64,000 nucleotides of DNA, taken from Candidatus Amesbacteria bacterium. Its GTDB lineage: Bacteria > Patescibacteriota > Microgenomatia > CAZETR01 > Amesbacteraceae. A program made the translations under genes and the position numbers. The DNA is taken from the NCBI GenBank assembly GCA_027331445.1, contig DAHWUD010000003.1:2704-66703 (forward strand). Reading direction: 5' to 3'. Shown piece after piece: positions 58,251 to 64,000 of this stretch. The notes under the pieces are model-generated. The model worked only from the letters and a program-made list of their open reading frames with translations. It searched no databases and had not been told where the DNA came from. Numbering within the stretch: position 1 is the stretch's first letter; every line of letters begins with the position of its first letter.

Positions 58251-59134
58251 GCCGTAGCATATTGAGAGGAAATCCAGCCGGAGGAAGTGGCGTCAAGCTG
58301 AACCTGAATCAGATACCAGCCGGGGGTCTTTGAGTCGAGAAGCGGATAGGAAGTTTGGGGTTTGACCTGGCCCAGTTCCTTTCCGGCCAATGAGGGGGCG
58401 GAACGAACCCGGAGAAAACCGGTGGGCGTGTCAATGATGGTCACGTAGGGCCGGGGCAGGAGAGAGACCGGGGCAGGAGACGGAGAAGCGGCGGGGAAAA
58501 GAGCAGCCGAGGGAGAGGCTGAGGGAGGCATGACGGGAAGAGGGACAGAGGCGGAGGAGGCGGCTAATTTGACCGTGAGAGAGAGCTTGTATGAGGCCAC
58601 CGTCTGGACGGACATGGTGCGGGAGGAAAAGCCGGGAGCACTGACGGTAATCTGGTGGGTGCCGGGGTCGATAGAAGTCAGAGATAGGGGAGTAAATCCC
58701 TGAGGCTGACCATCGACCATGACCGAAGCGCTGTCGGGGGAAGAAGTAACCACATTCAAAGTGGGCGAGACTTCCGGTTGGGGGGACAGACTAATGGTTT
58801 CACCGGCGGAATCAGCGTCGGTAGTGCCGAAATCGCGGCGGATAACGGTATAGGTTTTACTGGTCAGGGTGACTTTGGTTTCGTAAGCGGAGACGGCGGA
58901 GGAGGTGGAATCGGGAACAACCTTAACCGTGGCTTCGCCGGGGAAGAGGAGTTGGTCTACGGGGGTGGTTCCAACCTGGGTATTGTTGACGAAGACCAGG
59001 GAAGGGGGAGAAGTGTCGACCTTGAGCCCGGCGGTGGGCTGGCCATGGCGGACCCATGAATAAATGCCAAAACCAGCAATCAGAGAAACGCCCAAGAAGA
59101 TCATAACCAAGGCCAGAACCCTTTTGGTAGACAT
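58241..59134 (-). CDS. PEGA-domain surface protein with C-terminal SH3 domain
   Basis: TM, VDTSPP...GTTP, SSPDSASVMVDG...GFTP, TPTGFLRVRSAP...GWISSQY; start MSTKR at 59134. Confidence 0.88.
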   Translation of the reverse strand: MSTKRVLALVMIFLGVSLIAGFGIYSWVRHGQPTAGLKVDTSPPSLVFVNNTQVGTTPVDQLLFPGEATVKVVPDSTSSAVSAYETKVTLTSKTYTVIRRDFGTTDADSAGETISLSPQPEVSPTLNVVTSSPDSASVMVDGQPQGFTPLSLTSIDPGTHQITVSAPGFSSRTMSVQTVASYKLSLTVKLAASSASVPLPVMPPSASPSAALFPAASPSPAPVSLLPRPYVTIIDTPTGFLRVRSAPSLAGKELGQVKPQTSYPLLDSKTPGWYLIQVQLDATSSGWISSQYATAYR

Positions 59135-59177
59135 AAAACTATTATATAACCGCGAGATGCTAAAATTGGATAGCTTC

Positions 59178-59250
59178 GGCCTGGTGGTGAAGTAGCTAAC
59201 ACAGCGGTCTGCAAAACCGCCATGCGCGGGTGCAATTCCCGCCCAGGCCT
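59178..59250 (+). tRNA. tRNA-Cys (GCA)
   Basis: Acceptor GGCCTGG/CCAGGCC, anticodon arm GCGGT-CTGCAAA-ACCGC, T arm GCGGG/CCCGC, discriminator T; CCA not encoded. Confidence 0.95.
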
Positions 59251-59270
59251 CAATGTGGTAGGATAAAATT

Positions 59271-59528
59271 ATGTTTAAGGTATTAAAAAGGGACGGGTCG
59301 CTGCAGGATTTTGACTGGAAAAAGATTACCAAGGGCGTAACCGAGGCAGGGGGAACGACGGAAGAAGCGGAGCAGGTAGCCAGGGAAGTAGAAACCTGGT
59401 TAACGCAGGCCGCGGTAGACGGAGTGATTAAATCCTACGACCTGCACGTAAAGGTAACTGAAATTCTGAAAATGGTGAATGTCACGGCAGGAAAACTTTT
59501 TGAAGAGTATAAAAAGCCGGAAAAGTAG
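59271..59528 (+). CDS. Stand-alone ATP-cone domain protein
   Basis: VLKRDGSLQDFDWKKI at the N-terminus; 85 aa. Confidence 0.85.
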   Translation: MFKVLKRDGSLQDFDWKKITKGVTEAGGTTEEAEQVAREVETWLTQAAVDGVIKSYDLHVKVTEILKMVNVTAGKLFEEYKKPEK

Positions 59529-59552
59529 GCTTCGGGTTTGATTCGGTCTGAT

Positions 59553-59581
59553 TTGACTTAGGCGGGGTTTTGACCTATACT
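59553..59581 (+). promoter_or_regulatory. Promoter for the M23 peptidase
   Basis: TTGACT (59553-59558) - 17 nt - TATACT (59576-59581). Confidence 0.7.
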
Positions 59582-59616
59582 GCGACACAGTTCTCCCAAG
59601 GGTGGAGAATTTTTTT

Positions 59617-60309
59617 ATGGCTTTTGACTTGGAAAAGGCAGTCTGGAACCGAGCAGAGCGATGGCTGGGGAAGCCAGGCACGCCGATCGCGATTAAGGAG
59701 GCGGCCTGGAGGCTGGTGACCTTCCTGATCAAATGCGGCCAAAGCAACCCTATCAGCTTTGCGGTCAGACCCCTGGTCATGTCGTCCAAACTGCGGACGG
59801 TGGTAGGAATAAACCTGGTGATTTTAGCTGTGGTGACGGCTATTTATGCCCCATTGCCAACTATGGCACAAAATTCAGGGGGGCCATTGGCCGTAGTGGC
59901 GGGAGGGGAGCCGGAAGTAAATTTAGCTACCCCGACCGGAGTCAGGGTGCCTATCTCCCATTATTATGTGTCCCAGGGGTTCTGGACTTTCCACCCCGGA
60001 ATCGATCTGGCGACGGAAATGGGAACGCCCATTTATCCCATCATGGCCGGGACCGTGACCAAGGCGGAGAAAAACTGGTTCGGATACGGAAATATGGTGG
60101 TGGTAAAGCACAGCAACGAGTATGAGAGCCTGTACGCCCACATGGAGAAGATCCTGGTGACACAGGGGCAGCAGGTGACGACAGACACAGTTTTAGGCCT
60201 GGTAGGGGTAACCGGCCGTTCTACAGGACCACACTTACACCTGGAAATTCATGAAAACGGGAAGCCGGTAAACCCGGCACCGATCTTGGGGATAACCACA
60301 ACTAATTAA
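59617..60309 (+). CDS. M23 family metallopeptidase, membrane-anchored
   Basis: HPGIDL, GYGNMVVVKH, SLYAHM, TGRSTGPHLHLEI. Confidence 0.93.
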   Translation: MAFDLEKAVWNRAERWLGKPGTPIAIKEAAWRLVTFLIKCGQSNPISFAVRPLVMSSKLRTVVGINLVILAVVTAIYAPLPTMAQNSGGPLAVVAGGEPEVNLATPTGVRVPISHYYVSQGFWTFHPGIDLATEMGTPIYPIMAGTVTKAEKNWFGYGNMVVVKHSNEYESLYAHMEKILVTQGQQVTTDTVLGLVGVTGRSTGPHLHLEIHENGKPVNPAPILGITTTN

Positions 60310-60709
60310 GAGATTGGGTGGAGGCAGATCCGCGCAGGTAGATATACTCCCCGCCCGAAACCTGAAAATGCAGTTCGGCCTTGGAAGATTGGTAAATGAC
60401 TTTGAGGCCCAGGGGCTCGGGCTGGAGAATGTGTTCACCAAAAACATGAAATTGAAAAAGCAGGTCAAACAAGCTGGTGTCCCTGGGCTGGTGGAGGCCT
60501 TCTTTGATAAGGGTCCAGCGGGTAGACGCGGAATAGCCGGGATCGCCCGGATCCGACCAAAAATAGAGGGCCAGAATGTTAACGTCGCCAAAAGTAAAAT
60601 CCTGCAGTCCGGCTGGCGGCAGACCGGATGCGTAGTCCTGGCCGGAGACGGATTTGAGAAATCCGGCGACACGAAAAATTTCGCCGTCCTGATTTGAAGT
60701 AGCGTCCAC
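60302..60709 (-). CDS. Hypothetical protein (135 aa)
   Basis: GTG start with TAAACT 6 nt upstream; no family recognised. Confidence 0.55.
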   Translation of the reverse strand: MDATSNQDGEIFRVAGFLKSVSGQDYASGLPPAGLQDFTFGDVNILALYFWSDPGDPGYSASTRWTLIKEGLHQPRDTSLFDLLFQFHVFGEHILQPEPLGLKVIYQSSKAELHFQVSGGEYIYLRGSASTQSLN

Positions 60710-60781
60710 GTATTAAGTTTAAACTAATTTGCAAAAATTTTTTGATGATTTTAAATTTTGGGAACGACTCCCCTTTTCTCT

Positions 60782-61708
60782 TTACCGAAGGGAACCCGAA
60801 ACCGGGGGAGAGGTGAGGAGGGGCATGATTTGTTTGCGGAGGAGGGCGGGGTGAAGGGCGGCCCAGGAATCGGAAAAAGTGGTCGACAGGGCCGAGGAGA
60901 GAATCGCCCGACCGGCGGGAGTTGGACAAAAAATGAAGCTGGTGTTGGATTTGAGGTCAATGACGTTAAGAAAGGACCATTCGCAGTGGGAAAGAGCGTC
61001 GGTCTCCCCTACTGCGGCGGCGATTTGAGAAGACCACACCTCCGGCTGAAATCGCCACAAAATCAATTGGTAAGCCCGAACAGCAGATTTAAAAGCGGCA
61101 AATTCTTTAGAGTCATCGGATATGGCTTTATGAATATCAGCAAGAATTAAATCTGAGGAAAACTTGAACATGTCTCGGGCCAATTCGGGCGTGAGACCGA
61201 AGCGAGATTCCAGATATTTAATGGCCCGGCGGTCGCGATCGGTGGTGTTGGTAGAAAGTAAATTAAGGGTGTTGTGAAAGATGGCCCCATAAAGCAATTT
61301 GGCGTGGTCCGGCTGCGGACAGAGACCGGCCTTTTGGAAACGCTCGACAATAATAGTGGCCGCGGCGCCGATTAAATCATTTTGAATCTTAGCCCCGGGA
61401 AATTCTTTTCGAGGCTCCCCTACCCGATGATCAATAACTTCAATAACTTTTGCGGGCCGGACGATATCCGGCAGACCCTTCATGGATGAGGCATCGACTA
61501 AAACAAAGCCTTCATATTTGGCTTTTTTGATAGCGTGGGGAAGGCTAATCCCCTGTTGGTGCTGAAAATATTTAACTTCGGACTGGAGGTCGCCAAAAAC
61601 AGAACCCTCAGCCGATTGACCGATACGATTTAGAAGATCGGCATAGGCTAAGGTGCAGGCGGTACCATCAAGATCAGGGTGAACTTTGGCCGTAACTAAC
61701 AATTTCAT
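60782..61708 (-). CDS. DHH-family phosphoesterase, PpaC (Mn-dependent pyrophosphatase)-like
   Basis: HPDLDG, EVIDHR, IGAAATII, TTDRD, DSKEF, LLRKQIMP. Confidence 0.78.
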   Translation of the reverse strand: MKLLVTAKVHPDLDGTACTLAYADLLNRIGQSAEGSVFGDLQSEVKYFQHQQGISLPHAIKKAKYEGFVLVDASSMKGLPDIVRPAKVIEVIDHRVGEPRKEFPGAKIQNDLIGAAATIIVERFQKAGLCPQPDHAKLLYGAIFHNTLNLLSTNTTDRDRRAIKYLESRFGLTPELARDMFKFSSDLILADIHKAISDDSKEFAAFKSAVRAYQLILWRFQPEVWSSQIAAAVGETDALSHCEWSFLNVIDLKSNTSFIFCPTPAGRAILSSALSTTFSDSWAALHPALLRKQIMPLLTSPPVSGSLR

Positions 61709-62478
61709 TAGGATTTGTGTGTGGAATGAAGGTAGCTGTCGTTCAGGGAATCGACTAATTTAAGGAGTTTTAAATGAGAGTACTTGGAAAAAACCTTGAT
61801 ATCTTTAGGCAGACAATGCCCGCCCCCACCCCGACCGCCTTTATGAACGACCTGGAAGTGGTGCCGGGAACCCCAGGGGTGGCGGGTAAGAGCATCCCGG
61901 ATGACATCATAATCAGCCCCGTTTTGCCGGCAGAAATCGTAGAACTGGTTGGCCCAAATAATTTTGGTCAAAAAAAAGGTGTTGAAGGCGTACTTGAGAG
62001 TTTCGGCGGTAACGGTATCGGTAGAAATCCGCAGGTCGCAGGGAATTTTGCGCCACAAGTCCATGACCTGCTTCCGGGTGGCCGGGTCGTCGGCGCCGAC
62101 GATGACGGCGCCGGGGTGAAGAGCATCATGAGCCCAAGTGGCTTCGGAGAGAATTTCGGGGCAGGAGGCTATCCGGGCGGAGAATTCCCGGGCCAGGGCG
62201 CGACAGGTGCCAGGCAGGACGGTGGAACGAATAACAAAAATGCCCTTAAATCCCAGTTGGGTTAAGCGCTTAATATAACCGCGGATGACACTTAGGGCCC
62301 GGGTTTGCCGCCCGGTTTTCGAGGTAGGGGTAGGAAGGCAAATAAAACAATAGTCCAGGTGGGCGCCATCGGCGAGGGTAATGTTTCCGTCCTTCAGGTC
62401 GAGATATTTATTGACACCGAAGGATTTGGCGGTAGCTTTGCCGACAAAGCCAAAACCAATGATAAATCCGAAGGTCAT
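61708..62478 (-). CDS. UDP-glucose/GDP-mannose dehydrogenase family, short form
   Basis: IGFGFVGKA, CLPTP, IRSTVLPGT, PEILSE, AETLKY..N, GGHCLPKD. Confidence 0.88.
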   Translation of the reverse strand: MTFGFIIGFGFVGKATAKSFGVNKYLDLKDGNITLADGAHLDYCFICLPTPTSKTGRQTRALSVIRGYIKRLTQLGFKGIFVIRSTVLPGTCRALAREFSARIASCPEILSEATWAHDALHPGAVIVGADDPATRKQVMDLWRKIPCDLRISTDTVTAETLKYAFNTFFLTKIIWANQFYDFCRQNGADYDVIRDALTRHPWGSRHHFQVVHKGGRGGGGHCLPKDIKVFSKYSHLKLLKLVDSLNDSYLHSTHKS

Positions 62479-62499
62479 CTGGTGATTTTAGCAGAGAGA

Positions 62500-63999
62500 T
62501 CAATAGTCTTCGCCCATGCCGCCCATGCCGGGATTGCCCATGGGAGGGGTGTCTTTCTTTTCGGGGATTTCGGTGACCAGACACTCTGTCGTCAGAATCA
62601 TGGTGCCGACGGAGGCGGCATTTTGGAGAGCAGAGCGGGTAACTTTGGCGGGGTCGACGACGCCGAATTTAATCATGGAGCCGACTTCACCGCCGTTGGC
62701 AACGTTGACACCGGTATCGATCTCTTTGGCGTCTTTTACGACTTTGAGGAAATAGCCATCGTCCAAACCGGCATTTCTGACCAGAAGGCGGAACGGCTGT
62801 TCCAGCGCGAAGCGGAGAATATCCACACCTACAGCTTCCTCACCGGTCAACCTGAGGGAATCGAGAACTTTGGCCGCCCGGATTAAAGTAACTTCGCCGC
62901 CGGGAACAATCCCCTCTTCAATGGCGGCCTTGGTGGCGCCGACGGCGTCCTTGACCCGTTCTTTGCGGTCATTGAGTTCAACTTCGGTGGCAGCCCCGAC
63001 ATTGATAACGGCCACTCCCCCGGACAGTTTGGCCAGGCGTTCCTGCAATTTCTCCTTATCAAATTCGGAGGTAGTGCGGTCCATCTCTTCTTTAATCTGC
63101 CTGATGCGGGCGGTGATGGCGGCTTTGGTACCCTTGCCGCCAATAATGCGGGTGTTGTCCTTGTCGGACCAGACTTTATCGGCCTGACCCAAATCTTCAA
63201 TTTTGACGTGTTCAAAGGTGCGGCCGGTGTCTTCAGAAATAACCGTCCCGCCGGTTAAAATGGCGATGTCCTCGAGCATGGCTTTTCTGCGGTCACCAAA
63301 ACCAGGAGCTTTGACGGCCAAGACGTCGAAAGTACCTTTGAGGCGGTTGACGACGAGGGTGGCTAAGGCTTCGCCCTCTACATCGTCGGCGATGATAACC
63401 AAACTTTTGCTGACCTTGACGAAGTTTTCCAAAAAGGGAAGTAGATCCTGAATGGAAGAGATTTTTTTGTCAGTAATCAAAATATAAGGGGAGACGACTT
63501 CCGCTTCCATTTTTTCAGACTTGGCGGCAAAATATGCCGATGCATAGCCCTTATCAAATTCCATGCCTTCGGTGTACTTGATGTCGATGGTGAGGGTTTT
63601 GCCTTCCTCAACGGTGACGACTCCATCGCGGCCGACTTTTTCCAGGGCTTCGGCGATTTTGGCGCCGATTTCGGTATCACCAGCGGAAATTGTCGCTACC
63701 TGGGAAATTTCTTCCTGGCTTTTGATGGGCTTGGCGAGTTTTTTGATTTCGGAGACGACGGCTTCTACCCCTTTATCAATCCCCCGTTTTAAGGACATAG
63801 GGTTACTTCCGGCGGTGATATTTTTCATGCCCTGATTGACGATGGCCTGGGCCAAGGCGGTGGCCGTAGTGGTGCCGTCACCAGCGGCATCGGAAGTTTT
63901 CTCGGCGGCCTGCTTGACTAACTGCGCGCCCATATTGGCAAAGGGGTCGGCCAATTCAATTTCCTTGGCTACAGAAACGCCGTCGTGAACGACAGAGGG
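62500..63999 (-). CDS. groL: Chaperonin GroEL (5' end outside window)
   Basis: [46 protein letters not shown]-rich tail. Confidence 0.99.
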   Translation of the reverse strand, partial: PSVVHDGVSVAKEIELADPFANMGAQLVKQAAEKTSDAAGDGTTTATALAQAIVNQGMKNITAGSNPMSLKRGIDKGVEAVVSEIKKLAKPIKSQEEISQVATISAGDTEIGAKIAEALEKVGRDGVVTVEEGKTLTIDIKYTEGMEFDKGYASAYFAAKSEKMEAEVVSPYILITDKKISSIQDLLPFLENFVKVSKSLVIIADDVEGEALATLVVNRLKGTFDVLAVKAPGFGDRRKAMLEDIAILTGGTVISEDTGRTFEHVKIEDLGQADKVWSDKDNTRIIGGKGTKAAITARIRQIKEEMDRTTSEFDKEKLQERLAKLSGGVAVINVGAATEVELNDRKERVKDAVGATKAAIEEGIVPGGEVTLIRAAKVLDSLRLTGEEAVGVDILRFALEQPFRLLVRNAGLDDGYFLKVVKDAKEIDTGVNVANGGEVGSMIKFGVVDPAKVTRSALQNAASVGTMILTTECLVTEIPEKKDTPPMGNPGMGGMGEDY

Positions 64000-64000
64000 A

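Noticed and set aside
32377-59332. Long N-terminal extensions in the ORF track (33477, 36589, 39521, 39619, 47079, 56886, 59332)
   Set aside because: They overlap neighbouring genes or the tRNA; family N-termini and -10 positions support the shorter starts
60314-60697. 127-aa plus-strand ORF starting at TTG
   Set aside because: Competes with the minus-strand 135-aa ORF, which has the -10 plus 6 nt signature; not fully excluded
59178-60760. tRNA-Cys as an integration site for an island
   Set aside because: No integrase and no duplicated tRNA 3' end seen

Overview
Housekeeping-dense 64-kb chromosome segment. It most likely comes from a Patescibacteria/CPR (Microgenomates-like) bacterium; this is inferred from the missing rpmD, the absence of Shine-Dalgarno motifs, extreme compaction and the gene set. 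Standard genetic code. Contents in order: 3' end of fusA, tuf, the S10-spc-alpha ribosomal cluster (ending at rpsK, with an orphan ORF inserted after rpsJ), hrcA-grpE-dnaK with a CIRCE operator, a GH39 hydrolase, lepA, a decayed DUF559 element with REP-like hairpins, a small nucleotide-metabolism patch with a kinase pseudogene, murJ/rpsT, a pilN-pilO-Fn3 surface-protein operon, a GT4/GT-C/DUF2298/LCP glycosylation cluster, pcrA, two FemABX ligases, a helicase-nuclease fusion, rnhB, rmuC, metG-tatD, a second GT2/GT-C/WecA/UbiA cluster, tRNA-Cys, an M23 peptidase, a DHH phosphatase, a nucleotide-sugar dehydrogenase and most of groL. I found no CRISPR array, prophage, integrase or recognisable defence island. 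The most unusual signals are in the DNA architecture rather than in gene content: (1) about 20 genes have a -10 hexamer 6-8 nt before the start codon, suggesting pervasive leaderless transcription, including 20-21 bp bidirectional TATTATA promoters and divergent starts that nearly touch or overlap; (2) a 7-bp NNCAARR tandem repeat family lies inside rplC, rplV, rplX, rnhB and a methyltransferase; (3) a candidate attenuator switch precedes rplC; (4) a DUF559/REP-like hairpin element. All calls were made by eye from motifs; no database searches were run.
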